A program made the translations under genes and the position numbers. DNA of 64,000 bases from NCBI GenBank assembly GCA_963849325.1, contig CAWKHF010000006.1, forward strand, positions 160,001-224,000. Reading direction: 5' to 3'. The stretch comes from an uncultured Planctomycetota bacterium. Lineage in GTDB: Bacteria > Planctomycetota > Planctomycetia > Gemmatales > Gemmataceae. The notes below the pieces were generated by a model. That model saw only the letters and a list, made by a program, of their open reading frames with translations. It was not told the DNA's origin and did not search any database. Positions 1-10,398 of this stretch are shown piece by piece (positions within the stretch are counted from its first letter, which is position 1; every line of letters starts with the position of its first letter).

Positions 1-699
1 CGCCGTCTGCTGATGTACAACGCCCTGCTGCACCATCGCTATGGTGTGCCGGTGCATAGCGTGGTCGTGCTGCTGCGTCCGGCGGCCGATGGTCCCGAAC
101 TGACCAGCGAGCTGCGCTATCAGGGCCGGCCGCGACGCGGCCGGGTGCTGTTCCGCTACGAGGTCGTGCGCCTGTGGCAGCGTCCGGTACGGCGGCTGCT
201 GGAAGGCCATCGGGGTACGCTGCCCTTGGCGCCGCTGTGTCGTTTGCCGGAAAATGTATCCGCGGAGGATGCGCTGGCCGCAGTAATTCGCCGCCTCGAT
301 GAACGGCTGCGGCGTGAGGTGCCGCCGGAAGAAGCCGCGCTATTGCTCAATGCGACCTATGTGCTGATCGGACTGCGTGTCTCGCGTGAAGTGGCGGCCC
401 AGTTATTTCAAGGAGTGCGAAGCATGAGAGAATCCAGTACCTATCAGGCTATCCTTGACGAGGGCCGTCAGGAGGGCCGTCAGGAGGGCCGTCAGGAGGG
501 CCGTCAGGAGGGGCTTCAGGAAGGGGAAAAGAAGGGTATTCGCGGGATGATTCTGCGACAAGGGCAGCACAAATTTGGTTCGCCGAGCGACGTCACAACC
601 ACCGCCCTCACGGCCATCACGGACCTGGAACGCCTTCAGCGGATGGCCGATCGACTTCTCATCGTGTCTACCTGGGACGAACTGCTGGCGACGCCGTGA
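1..699 (+). CDS. Rpn/YhgA-like (PD-(D/E)XK) family protein with C-terminal DUF4351-like tail, 5' partial
   Basis: Frame is open from position 1. Contains PVHSVVVLL, LLPLAPL-like and MRESSTYQAILDEG(RQEG)n motifs typical of planctomycete Rpn proteins; 12-nt repeat ggccgtcaggag at ~463-510. Confidence 0.8.
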   Translation, partial: RRLLMYNALLHHRYGVPVHSVVVLLRPAADGPELTSELRYQGRPRRGRVLFRYEVVRLWQRPVRRLLEGHRGTLPLAPLCRLPENVSAEDALAAVIRRLDERLRREVPPEEAALLLNATYVLIGLRVSREVAAQLFQGVRSMRESSTYQAILDEGRQEGRQEGRQEGRQEGLQEGEKKGIRGMILRQGQHKFGSPSDVTTTALTAITDLERLQRMADRLLIVSTWDELLATP

Positions 700-2156
700 T
701 TACAGCAACTCACGGATGGGCTGGCCGTTCTCGACGACGTAGCGCGGCCGGCCGCTGGTGTCGGCGTAGGTCGCGTCCAGCGGCACGCCCATGTGCTGAT
801 AGATCGTCGCCGCCAGATCGCCGGGCGTGACCGGCCGTTCCTTGATGGTGCCGCCGTCCTTCTCGGTGGCGCCGATCACCTGTCCGTGGCGCAGGCCGCC
901 GCCGGCCACGGCCATCGACATGACCACCGGCCAATGATTGCGGCCATCCGTGCTGCCCTGCGTGCCCATCGTCGGCGTCCGGCCAAACTCCCCCATCGCC
1001 AGCACCAGCACGTTGTCGAGCAGGCCGCGTTCGTCCAGGTCGTCGACCAGCGTGGTGAGGAGATGATCGAACAGCGGCAAGAGCGGACGCAGTCCCTTCT
1101 GGATGCCGCCGTAGGGCGGGATGTTGTCGCCGTGCGTGTCCCAGGTGCCGGAGGCGGAGTGATAGCTGAGGTCCAGCGTCACGAACGCCGCCCCCGCCTC
1201 GACCAACCGCCGCGCCAACAGCGCCTGCTGGCACCACAGATGTTTGCCGTAACGATCGCGCACCCGGTCGGGTTCCTGCGACAGATCGAAGGCGCACTGC
1301 GCCCGCCGGCCGACGATCAGTTCGACCGCCTGCTGGCCGTAACGGTCCATCGCCTCCATCACGCCGGACGTGTCCAGATCGTTGCGCAGTCGATCGAAGT
1401 CCTTGACGAGCGTTCGCCGTTCGTGGATGCGTTCCTGGCTCAGTCCCAGCGGCAGACGGAACAGGTCGGCGTCGGTCATGCGGCCGGTGTCCTCGCCGAC
1501 GTTGGTGTAGATCGGCAGCCGGGCCGCCTGGTCGGCGATGAACGGATCGTACGGCTTGCCGAGGTAGCCGCCGAAGGCCAGGTGCGAGCGCGACTTCATG
1601 AAGGCGACATAGGGCGGCATGCCGGGGTGGTTCGGCCCGTGCAGCTTGGCGACGACCGAGCCGATGGCCGGGTACAGGCGGCCGCGCGGGTTGACGCGCG
1701 GAGCAGCCTCGACGTTGCCGGTCTGGAAGACCATGTTCGGCTCGTGATTGCTGTGGCGCGCATCGACGGAGCGGATCAGGGTGAAGCGGTCGAGCAGGGC
1801 GGCCATGCGCGGCAGGTGTTCGCAGAAGCGGACGCCGGGCAACTTCGTGGCGATGGTGCCGAAGGGACCGCGATTCTCCACGGGCCGATCCGGCTTGGGA
1901 TCCCAGGTGTCGATGTGGCTCGGCCCGCCGGTCATCCACAAGAGAATGACACTTTTGCCGTCCGGCGCGGTTCGTGCCTCCGAGACGGCGCGGCGCGCTG
2001 CCGCAGTAGGTCCGGCAGGCTGAGTCCGGCGAGACCAGCGAGTCCGGCCTTGAGCATATTGCGACGGCTCAGCAGCGTCAGACCTTCGCGCTGGAGCGGA
2101 CGGAAGCCGATGAAGGCGTGTTGATGCGCGTGGGCGCGGCGGCCGGGATCGTTCAT
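700..2156 (-). CDS. DUF1501 domain protein (apparent frameshift near 1950-1990)
   Basis: N-terminal SRRNMLKAG Tat-like motif in one frame; WMTGGPSHIDTWDPKP, WDTH, GEFGRTP and GRNHWP motifs in ORF 700..1941. Confidence 0.9.
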
Positions 2157-2327
2157 GGAGTCGCTCTCCGCCGAGGCAGGGCTAGAAAAAACTATACCCG
2201 TGGGAGGAGAGGGATGCAAGGATTGCCCGGAGCCGGCCCGCGCTTGACCGATTGCTGGCGGAGGGAGAGAATGAGGCGAGCAATGAGGGGGAGTTTCGGA
2301 AGGGTCCGACGGTCGGAGGAGGAGCCG

Positions 2328-2839
2328 ATGCCCGAAGCCATTTTGTCGCAGGTCATCCGGGAGAGCGCCGAATCGGCGCAGCGCGCTTCTCGCCGCCTCG
2401 CCAACTCTGGAGCGACGGGAGATTGTCGCACTCGTGGACTTTTCGTTGCGGCGAGCGGAGTTATTGCGTTCGGACTGGCAGGCTGTCAAGGAGCGCACTC
2501 GCGGCCGGCGTCGAGTCGGCGCGTTTACAGCTCGCGTTGCAACGACTTATCCAGGGCATCGAGGCGGAACAGCGCCTCGATCGCTTGCTTTTGGAGATGG
2601 CGGAACGTGATTCTCCTCCGGCTGAGGAGGGGACTACCAAGATGGAGGAGTTGCGTCGCGCTATTCAGGAGGTCGAGTCCATCGAGCGATCGGCGAGCCA
2701 TCTGCTCCGTTGGTTGCGGGCACCGCGCGGCCCGCTGGACGAGACCCTTCGGGAGCAATCCGTCCTCGACTTCGAGCGCGGCCATTTCGAGAGCGGCAAC
2801 GACATCCTCGCCCGCCTCCAGGCCGGCGGCGACCTGTGA
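2328..2839 (+). CDS. Hypothetical helical protein, possible antitoxin (apparent frameshift near 2410-2480)
   Basis: GGAGGAGG RBS before ATG 2328 (MPEAILSQ); the plausible C-terminus (FERGHFESGNDILARLQAGGDL) lies in another frame. Confidence 0.5.
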
Positions 2840-2854
2840 TGCGGAGGGGGCGCC

Positions 2855-3178
2855 GTGGCCTACACCGTCCAGTTCGCGGACGCCGTCAAAACCTACTTCC
2901 GCGAAAAAGTTCCCTCCCTGGCGCGATCCGTTCGGGTGAGGCTGTTCGCCCAGGTCGTCGGCGACCTCGCCGATCACGGCGAGGTCTTCCGCAACGACCC
3001 GTCCCGGTGCCTCGGTGAGGGTTCTCCTCATTTCCGCTATGAGCTTATCGTTTGGGACGTGGAGGGGGATGGCCGGGTCCACTCGTTCCGATTCATCGTC
3101 AGCGATGCGGCCGCGCCCTACGGGGTTCTCCAGGTCGTCTATGCGGAACACACGGGAGAAACCTCGCTGGGGCCGTGA
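2855..3178 (+). CDS. Hypothetical protein, possible RelE/ParE-like toxin
   Basis: GGAGG RBS plus GTG; 107 aa; MAYTVQFADAVK start and beta-rich C-terminus resemble the RelE fold; follows a putative antitoxin. Confidence 0.5.
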   Translation: MAYTVQFADAVKTYFREKVPSLARSVRVRLFAQVVGDLADHGEVFRNDPSRCLGEGSPHFRYELIVWDVEGDGRVHSFRFIVSDAAAPYGVLQVVYAEHTGETSLGP

Positions 3179-3232
3179 TTCTCCCCTGCCGAAGTCGTGT
3201 TGGCGGAGCAATACGGCGAAGGACACAGGGCT

Positions 3233-3901
3233 TCAACGGACGGTGAGCGTGTATTCGGGATGGCCGACCGCGTTGATGCGCTGGCTGAGCCGAAACGATT
3301 GGCCGAACACGGCCGACTTGAGCCAGCCATCGCGCTTGGGTGTCGCGGTGTAGCGCTTGGCGGTGCGGCGGAGGATGTCGAAGCGAACCGGCTCTTGCCG
3401 CGCGTCCACCAGCCAGTATTCGCGGATGCCGGCTTGCCAGTACGCCTGACGCAAGACAACCGTGTCCTTATGGACCGAACTGGAGCTGACGACTTCCAGG
3501 ACCATGTCGGGCGTGCCTTCCAGTTCCACGTGGCCCCCTTCCCATCCTTCGACCAGGTGGACTCGATCGCTCGCAAGGGTGGCATGGGAAACAAACATGG
3601 CATCCGGCACCCCGGAGGTGTTGGCCGCAATGTTGCTCAGCAGGGCCCCGTCACCCAGGAACAGACCCAGGTTCGCCGTCTTCACCAGATGACCTAGCGT
3701 GATCGTGAGTTCCGTCTTGACGAGAACGTGGGTGAAGATCTGCTGCTTGCTCATGTCGATCCACACCTCGCCCTTGAGATACCAGGCGCGGCCATCCTCG
3801 GGAAAGTCGTCGGCGTCGGCCCAGCGGCGAAACGATTCCAGGTCCACGACCCAGCTCGGGATGCTCACGACCCAGTTGGATTCATTAATCACCGTAATCA
3901 T
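3233..3901 (-). CDS. Uma2 family (PDDEXK) endonuclease
   Basis: PDAMFVS, PDMVLEVVSSSS and GIREYWLVD motifs. Confidence 0.9.
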   Translation of the reverse strand: MITVINESNWVVSIPSWVVDLESFRRWADADDFPEDGRAWYLKGEVWIDMSKQQIFTHVLVKTELTITLGHLVKTANLGLFLGDGALLSNIAANTSGVPDAMFVSHATLASDRVHLVEGWEGGHVELEGTPDMVLEVVSSSSVHKDTVVLRQAYWQAGIREYWLVDARQEPVRFDILRRTAKRYTATPKRDGWLKSAVFGQSFRLSQRINAVGHPEYTLTVR

Positions 3902-4008
3902 GGCTTCGCCCTTTCGTTCCGAGAACGAGATCGCTCCCATGATAACGAAAGAGCGGAGGAGCACCATCCGCTGTTGCTTTTATGTCGGATTTGACATAGA
4001 GTGCGCGA

Positions 4009-4371
4009 ATGGACGGCTCCCGGAAACCTCTGGCTTGGTTACACGGTGAGATTAAGACACCTCCTTTCTCGGCGGAAGCGCGGGTGGAGGTGGGAACATT
4101 GCTCCGGCTGCTTCAGGAGGGCCAGACGCTTAGCATGCCGCAGTCGCGGCCCATGCCGAGTGTTGGCCCCCGCTGCCACGAACTTCGCGTGAGGGATGGG
4201 CACAAAAATTGGCGAATCCTTTACCGACTGGACGCCGATGCCATCGTCATCGCGGAGGTATTCGCCAAGGCCACTCGTCAGACGCCTCGGCATATCCTTG
4301 ATACCTGCCAACGACGGCTACGGTTGTATGACGAAGCCGTGCGGAAGGCGAGAGAGAAGGAGAAGGAGTGA
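4009..4371 (+). CDS. Type II toxin, RelE/HigB (Gp49-like) family
   Basis: IKTPPFS, MPQSRPMPSVGPRCHELRVRD, WRILYR and FAKATRQTP motifs. Confidence 0.9.
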   Translation: MDGSRKPLAWLHGEIKTPPFSAEARVEVGTLLRLLQEGQTLSMPQSRPMPSVGPRCHELRVRDGHKNWRILYRLDADAIVIAEVFAKATRQTPRHILDTCQRRLRLYDEAVRKAREKEKE

Positions 4372-4685
4372 TGGATCGAGAGAAACAGAAGGCCCTGCAA
4401 GCGGCCGGCTTCCGGGTCGGAGATGCGGAGGACTTCCTCGAATTGACCGAGGAGGAGCGTCGCCTCGTCGAGCTGCGCGCCGCGGTCAGTCGATCTGTGC
4501 GCCGTCTGCGCGAAAAGCGGCACCTGACTCAACAGCAATTGGCCGGCAAATTGAAGTCGAGCCAGTCGCGGGTCGCCAAGATCGAGGCGGGGTCGGTGGA
4601 TGTCTCGCTCGATCTGCTGTTTCGCGCCCTGTTCGCGGTCGGCGGCGGTTTGGTCGATTTGACGGACCCGGTGGGCAAGACATGA
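4368..4685 (+). CDS. XRE-family HTH antitoxin (HigA-like)
   Basis: LTQQQLAGKLKSSQSRVAKIE HTH; overlaps the toxin stop codon. Confidence 0.9.
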   Translation: MMDREKQKALQAAGFRVGDAEDFLELTEEERRLVELRAAVSRSVRRLREKRHLTQQQLAGKLKSSQSRVAKIEAGSVDVSLDLLFRALFAVGGGLVDLTDPVGKT

Positions 4686-4869
4686 TGTCTTAACGGTTCC
4701 CGGTATCTTTTCCGCCCCGTATCACCGAATACGCCGAGATAGACCCATGCTGATCGAAGAAGCGCTCCGTTCCGCTCTGCACGCCAGCCGGGTCGTGTCG
4801 CTGTCGGTGGCCAACCCGCACGGCCCGTTCGGCTTGGTTCAGTTGGCGGCCGTAATTGCCGCTCATCGC

Positions 4870-4932
4870 GAGGCCGCTTCCGCTGGTGAAGGGAATGTCG
4901 GCCACCCAGAACTCACCGGGCTGGATAGTCAT
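4870..4932 (-). pseudogene. N-terminal remnant of a PemK/MazF-type toxin
   Basis: MTIQPGEFWVADIPFTSGSG matches the PemK N-terminus, but the expected KxRP motif and the rest of the fold are absent. Confidence 0.55.
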
Positions 4933-5128
4933 CGTACAGCCCTTCGTCTTCCGGGGCGTAGCCGTTGAGGAAGGCAGCGTGACTCCGCGCCGGCGGCCGA
5001 CGCACCGGCTGGACCCTGACACGCCAACGGCCCGGCCCAATACCGGCCACCAACGCTTCCGGCAGGCGCAGCGGCTCGCCCGGTTGCAGTTCGATTTCGT
5101 AGGTCAGTCGGACCAGTTCGTCTTTCAT
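4913..5128 (-). CDS. Small putative antitoxin
   Basis: 71 aa, GGAGG RBS, acidic tail FLNGYAPEDEGLYDDY; overlaps the start of the PemK-like remnant. Confidence 0.65.
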   Translation of the reverse strand: MKDELVRLTYEIELQPGEPLRLPEALVAGIGPGRWRVRVQPVRRPPARSHAAFLNGYAPEDEGLYDDYPAR

Positions 5129-5328
5129 CGGTCAAGCCCTCCGCATCCAGGTTAGCCTCCCGGCATCATTCTACCGTGGCTTCGACTTGTCGCCATTTCC
5201 CCGAGGCAAACTTTGACCTCGCCTCCCGATGTACTATGGTTCGGATGAGCCGTCCGCATCAATTCTTGACGAAGGGATGATGTGACGTGATTGACCGTGC
5301 TTCGTCGGCTGGTTAGAGGGTTGCGCCT

Positions 5329-6186
5329 ATGGAATTTAGCCTCTTGGTCCTCATCGGGCTTTGCGTATGCGTTGGAGGTTTTACATGGATGGGGTACCGC
5401 GAGGCGATGGAGAAGAGCCGCGAGGAGGAACTACAGGAAGCTGCTCAGCGCGAGGCAGAGCGGCGTGAGAATGCGAACTACCACCAAGGCCAAGAAGCAC
5501 TGGAGCGCGGCGATTTCGACCTCGCCTTGTCCTGCGCAAACGAAGAAATAAGACGCGATCCAGCACGCATCCGCGGACACCGAATGCGAGGGCAGGCACA
5601 CTACCACAAGGGCATGTACAAGCAGGCAATCGAGGATTACTGCCGCGCCCTCCATTTGGATGCAGAGGAAGGGAACCTCTACCGATTGCGGGCCGATTGT
5701 TACGCAGCGCTCCGTCTCTACTCCCGAGCGATCACGGATTACTCCGACGCCATCCGGTTGGACCCGGCCGACACCATAGCCATCGAACACCGCAAGGCCG
5801 CCTACGCCGAACGGGAAGCTCACGGCGATGCTTCACCAGACGATCTCCCCAGCGAATGTGCCATCATCACCGAACTACCTCCGGCCCGCGAGGAAGACGC
5901 CGGCGCGGATGACGACAATGATCTGCTCTCTGCTCCGCTCCAACGACCGGCGGTGAACGTCGTCCTCCCCGCCAAAGTCTTCAACCCACTCGCCTTGACG
6001 GGCTTCATCCTGGGCCTTGTGTCCGTCGTTCTGTACGCCATCGGGATCATCCCCATCCTCGGGATTGTGTTCAGCGCCATCGGCTTGGGCCGCTTCAACC
6101 CCCAGACGCAGAAGGCCAAGTGGATGGCCGGATGGGGTCTCGCCCTGAGCATCCTCTTTACGGTCATGTTCCTGATGCGGCATTGA
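5329..6186 (+). CDS. Membrane-anchored TPR protein with C-terminal DUF4190-like transmembrane domain
   Basis: N-terminal TM, TPR repeats (RGQAHYHKGMYKQAIEDY), C-terminal ALTGFILGLVS...GIVFSAIGL. Confidence 0.8.
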   Translation: MEFSLLVLIGLCVCVGGFTWMGYREAMEKSREEELQEAAQREAERRENANYHQGQEALERGDFDLALSCANEEIRRDPARIRGHRMRGQAHYHKGMYKQAIEDYCRALHLDAEEGNLYRLRADCYAALRLYSRAITDYSDAIRLDPADTIAIEHRKAAYAEREAHGDASPDDLPSECAIITELPPAREEDAGADDDNDLLSAPLQRPAVNVVLPAKVFNPLALTGFILGLVSVVLYAIGIIPILGIVFSAIGLGRFNPQTQKAKWMAGWGLALSILFTVMFLMRH

Positions 6187-6314
6187 ATCTCTGGTGGAAT
6201 CACCAAACCGGCATCCTGTCCTCCAACCCACGATTCCCAGACCATTGCTTGAGCATCTGTCTGTGGTATCCTGGAGGGGAAAGCAATGTTCCCCTAGCGG
6301 CGGAGGGCCGATCC

Positions 6315-6539
6315 ATGAGCACGGTCAATCTGACCTTTCTGATCCTCTTCGTGGTGATCTTGGCCGTGCTGCTGGCGAGTTCGCCGGTCCTTCGGGCCGT
6401 GTTCTGGGACACGCTCCGTCATCCCTTCACGCACAGCCGAATTGAAGTCCTCGACGGACAAGTGAAGGTCCATCATGAGGAATCGGTCTCGCCGTCCCAG
6501 ACGCCGCGCCCTCCGATACCACCTGTGGGAGCGAGATAG
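6315..6539 (+). CDS. Small membrane protein
   Basis: GGAGG RBS; MSTVNLTFLILFVVILAVLLA hydrophobic segment. Confidence 0.6.
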   Translation: MSTVNLTFLILFVVILAVLLASSPVLRAVFWDTLRHPFTHSRIEVLDGQVKVHHEESVSPSQTPRPPIPPVGAR

Positions 6540-6540
6540 G

Positions 6541-6783
6541 ATGGCCAGGAAGGCATCGTCTCCGAAGCCGCCCAATCTGGACGTGCCGGTCAGTTACAAG
6601 ACGGTGTTCTGGGTGGTTGTGCTTCTCGCCGTCCTCTCGCTGGGGTCCAGTCTCTATCTCGCCACCCGTCCGCCGGACTTGCAGACCGAGACGCTGAAGA
6701 AGGTTGTCGAGACCTGCGATACCACCTGGAAGATGTGCTGCGGCGCCATCCTCGGTTTGCTCGGCGGCAAGCGATTGCCTTGA
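6541..6783 (+). CDS. Small two-TM hypothetical protein
   Basis: Starts 2 nt after the previous stop; TVFWVVVLLAVLSLG and TWKMCCGAILGLLGGK segments. Confidence 0.65.
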   Translation: MARKASSPKPPNLDVPVSYKTVFWVVVLLAVLSLGSSLYLATRPPDLQTETLKKVVETCDTTWKMCCGAILGLLGGKRLP

Positions 6784-6794
6784 CCAGCCCTCTA

Positions 6795-8299
6795 TCAACG
6801 GCCCATCTTCTCTTGCTCCATCGAGGGCACGGTCGGATCACCAGATCGCACTCGTCCCAAGCCCAGGACACCGTACACCGCCGCCCCCAGTGCGATGAAG
6901 CCGACGCCGGCCAGCGCCTCCGCCTGCTGGTTGAGGAACATATTGACCAGCACGAACGCCGGCAGGATCACGTACAGCGCCGGCACCACCGGATAGCCCA
7001 GGCAGCGGTACGGCCGTTCGGCGTCGGGACGACGGCGGCGGAAGACGAAAATCGACACCACCGCCAGCGTCTCGAAGATGACGACGCCGAACATGGCGAA
7101 GTCGGTCAGACGATCGAAGTGCGACTTGCTCTCCTCCAGCCAGCCCATCCAGGTCAGAAACGCCACCGTGACGATTTGCAGCGACGACCAGGCGGCCAGC
7201 ACGACGATGGCCAGGGCCGGCGTGCGATAGCGAGCGTGGACAGCGCCCAGGGCGCGCGGGGCCAGGCCGTCCTCGCCCATCGCGTACAACAGACGCGGGC
7301 CGACCAGCAGATTGCCGTTGAGCGCTCCGAAGACGGAACACATCACCGCCGCCGAGGCCGCCGCCGCTCCCAGCGGACCCAGCAGACGCAAACTGAAGTC
7401 GGTCGCCACCGTCGTCTCTTTCAGCTCGGCCATCTCCACGCGCGGGATGACCAGGTAATAGGCCAGGTTGGCGCCCAGGTACAGGGTGATGATGATGGCG
7501 ACGCCGCCCAGCAGCGCCAGCGGCAGGTTGCGCTGCGGGCGGCGCACCTCCTCGGCCACCGGGGCGATGTTCTGCCAGCCGTGGTAGGCCCACAGTACCC
7601 CCAGATAAGCCGTCGCCAAACCGCTGAGCGACACTTGCCGCCAATCGTCCGGCCAAACCGGACGCAGGTTGTCGAAGCGCGGCGTCACCGGGGCCGACGA
7701 CCCACGCGGCGAGGACCAGGAACGGCAACACGGCGATGGCGGCCAGCGAGCCGACCTTGACCGTGGTAATCACCAGCTGGACCAGACCGCCCCAGCGCAC
7801 GCCGCGGACGTTGACCCAGGCCAGGACAGCCAGGATCGACACCGTTAACAGTCGCTGCGGCCAGAAGCCGAGCTGCGTGCCCGGCGGCAGACCGACCAGG
7901 CTTGTTGGAACGCCTCGTTGCGAAGGATGTCGTGCAGCGATTCGGTGAAGATGGTGGCCAGGGCCGCCAGCGAGGCGGAACGGATGATGCAGAAATCCAC
8001 CCAGCCCCACAGGAAGCCGGCCAGTCGGCCATATGCCTCGCGCAGAAAGACGTAGTTGCCGCCGGCTCGCGGCAGGAGCACGCCACCTCGGCGTAGGCCA
8101 GCGCGCCCAGCAGGACGAGCACGCCGCCCAGCACCCAGACCAGGGCGGCCAACCCGAAGTGGGGGACGTTTTCGGCGACCGACTGCGGCTTCTTGAAGAC
8201 GCCCGAGCCGATGACGGTGCCGACCACGACCGCGGTCGCCATCAGCGGACCCAGGGCACGCACCAGGCCCGACGACGAGGAAGCAGAAGATGGTTTCAT
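6795..8299 (-). CDS. APC family amino acid permease (several apparent frameshifts)
   Basis: VVVGTVIGSGVF, GALAYAE, PRAGGNYVFLREAYG, WAYHGW, AEEVRRPQRNLP and RPYRCLGYP motifs spread over several frames. Confidence 0.9.
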
Positions 8300-8848
8300 G
8301 GCCGACCAGTGTACGGCATCGGCGGGCCAAGCGGGAGTCGGTTTCGCCGCCCGCGGCGCACGCGAATGTCCCAGGAACAACGTGTCCCGACTGAATTCGT
8401 CCGACGCGATCGCCGATGAGATAAATAATTTTCCGCCGCCACCGATTTTTCCATCGAAGTCGTCTTGGCCGGAAGAGAGGCTCATTCTACACTTGCTCAG
8501 ATTCGCGGGTGGACTAGCGCAGCTGGGCGCTGGCGCGATCCGACACGAGGCAAGCAGCTTAGCGAGGTTCGCGCGAACGAGGCAAGCGGCACGAAGCCGG
8601 CGACCGGGCGGGTTGTGCCAGTTGGGACGAAGATACCTGACGAAATCGACGCGCGAGTCTGAATTTGTCTGGGTAGGGCTTGTATTTTGTGCGCTTCGCG
8701 TTAGCATCCGCGTGGATGTGAAGTGCCTTCGACAGCTGCCGACCGCCGGCGGCCTCCGCGACAGCCCCCGCGGACCCTGGAAACGAGGCGGATCGACGAT
8801 GTCGGAGTGTACGCGAGGCATCTGAGTCTTTTGGAGGCATCCTGGACG

Positions 8849-10301
8849 ATGAGTGAATCTGAAGAGCGCACCGGGTTCGAGCCGCGGCCCCTTCACGACA
8901 CCTGCCGCGGCTTCGAGGAAGAAGAACCTCCCGGTAAGCCCAGGCGCCACCCGCTCTGGCGCAACGTCCCCGACCACCTCTGGGACGACTGGCGATGGCA
9001 GTCGCAAAACGCCATCCGCTCCGTCCGGCAACTGCGCGACCTGCTCCCCTTCACGCCGGAGGAACTCGAAGCCATCGGCTCGCTCGAGGCCGAGTACAAG
9101 ACGGCCATCCCGCCCTACTACTTCTCCCTGATCGACCCCGACGACCCCAACGACCCGATCCGCCTGCAAGCGGTGCCCTCGCCGCTGGAGCAGCTCAATC
9201 CGTCGGGCTACGAGCTGGAGGACCCGCTCGAAGAGGACAAGGACTCGCCGGTGCCGGGCCTGACGCACCGCTACCCCGACCGCGCCCTGCTCGTCACCAC
9301 GCACGTCTGCACCATGTACTGCCGCTTCTGCACGCGCAAGCGGGCCACCATGGTGCGCGGCGGCTGGGACGCCATCAGCCGCAACGACGAGCGCATGATC
9401 GAGTACGTCCGCGACCATCCGGAGATCCGCGACGTCATCGTCTCCGGCGGCGACCCGCTGACGCTGCCGGCTGACCAAGCTGCGTTTCTTCCTGGACAAC
9501 CTGGCGGCCATCCCGCACGTCGATGTCATCCGCATCGGCACGCGCGTGCCGGTGACGCTGCCGCAGAAGCTGTACGATCCAGAGCCTGATCGACCTGCTG
9601 GCCTCGGCGGGCAAGGTGTGGATCCAGACGCACTTCAACCACCCGCGCGAGATCACGCCGGAGGCGGCCCGCGTCTGCCTGGCCCTGCTCAAGGCCGGCA
9701 TGCCGGTCAACAACCACACCGTCCTGCTCAAGGGCGTCAACGACTCGCTGGAGACGATGCGGTCGCTGATGCGGGCCTTGCTCCGCATCAAGGTCCGGCC
9801 GTACTACATCTTCCACTGCGACCCGGTCATCGGGGCCGGCCACTTCCGCACCTCGGTGTGGAAGGGCATGGAGATCATGGAAGGGCTGCGCGGCCACATG
9901 TCCGGCCTGGGCATCCCGACCTACGTCGTCGATAGCCCGCACGGCGGCGGCAAGATCCCGCTCATGCCCAACTACCTCGTGTCCGCCAGCGACGACGCCG
10001 TCGTGCTGCGGAACTACGAGGGCATGCTGGTCCGCTACCAGGCGGAGGACAAAGCCGCAAACGGTCCAGCCGACGCCGTCGCGCGGCGTGTCGTCGCTGC
10101 TGCAGGGGAGCAAGATCGGCCCTGATCCCCGAGGGCAACGAGCGCATGGCCCGCCGCGAGCTGACCGTCCTCACCAATCAACAAGCACCTACTTCGGACG
10201 ACGCGCACGACACAACGGCTGCTGCAACGGCTGCTGCGGCCAATGGCCACGCCGAGGAGTTGCTGCCGCTGGGCGTGCTGGCCAACGGCTGTGGCTCGTG
10301 A
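8849..10301 (+). CDS. KamA family radical SAM aminomutase (lysine 2,3-aminomutase-like; apparent frameshifts)
   Basis: WDDWRWQ, GLTHRYPDR, CTMYCRFCTRKR, SGGDPL, THFNHPREIT, YVVDSPHGGGKIP motifs; end position approximate. Confidence 0.92.
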
Positions 10302-10305
10302 ATTC

Positions 10306-10384
10306 GTCCGTGGTCCGAGCCGCGACCGTTAGCGGAGCGTGGGAACTGCACCGCTCCCTAACGGTCGCGGCTCGGACCACGGAC
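10306..10384. repeat. REP-like palindrome (family A variant)
   Basis: gtccgtggtccgagccgcgaccgttag...ctaacggtcgcggctcggaccacggac inverted repeat. Confidence 0.85.
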
Positions 10385-10398
10385 TTCAAGGATGAAGG

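Noticed and set aside
793-2124. Long antisense and alternative-frame ORFs across the window (e.g. 793..2124, 33929..35575)
   Set aside because: Expected in high-GC DNA opposite real genes; Arg/Pro/Ala-rich with no domain motifs.
8300-8848. Possible lysine or SAM riboswitch upstream of the KamA gene
   Set aside because: Only short GC hairpins are visible, with no recognisable conserved riboswitch core. A cmscan would be needed to exclude it fully.
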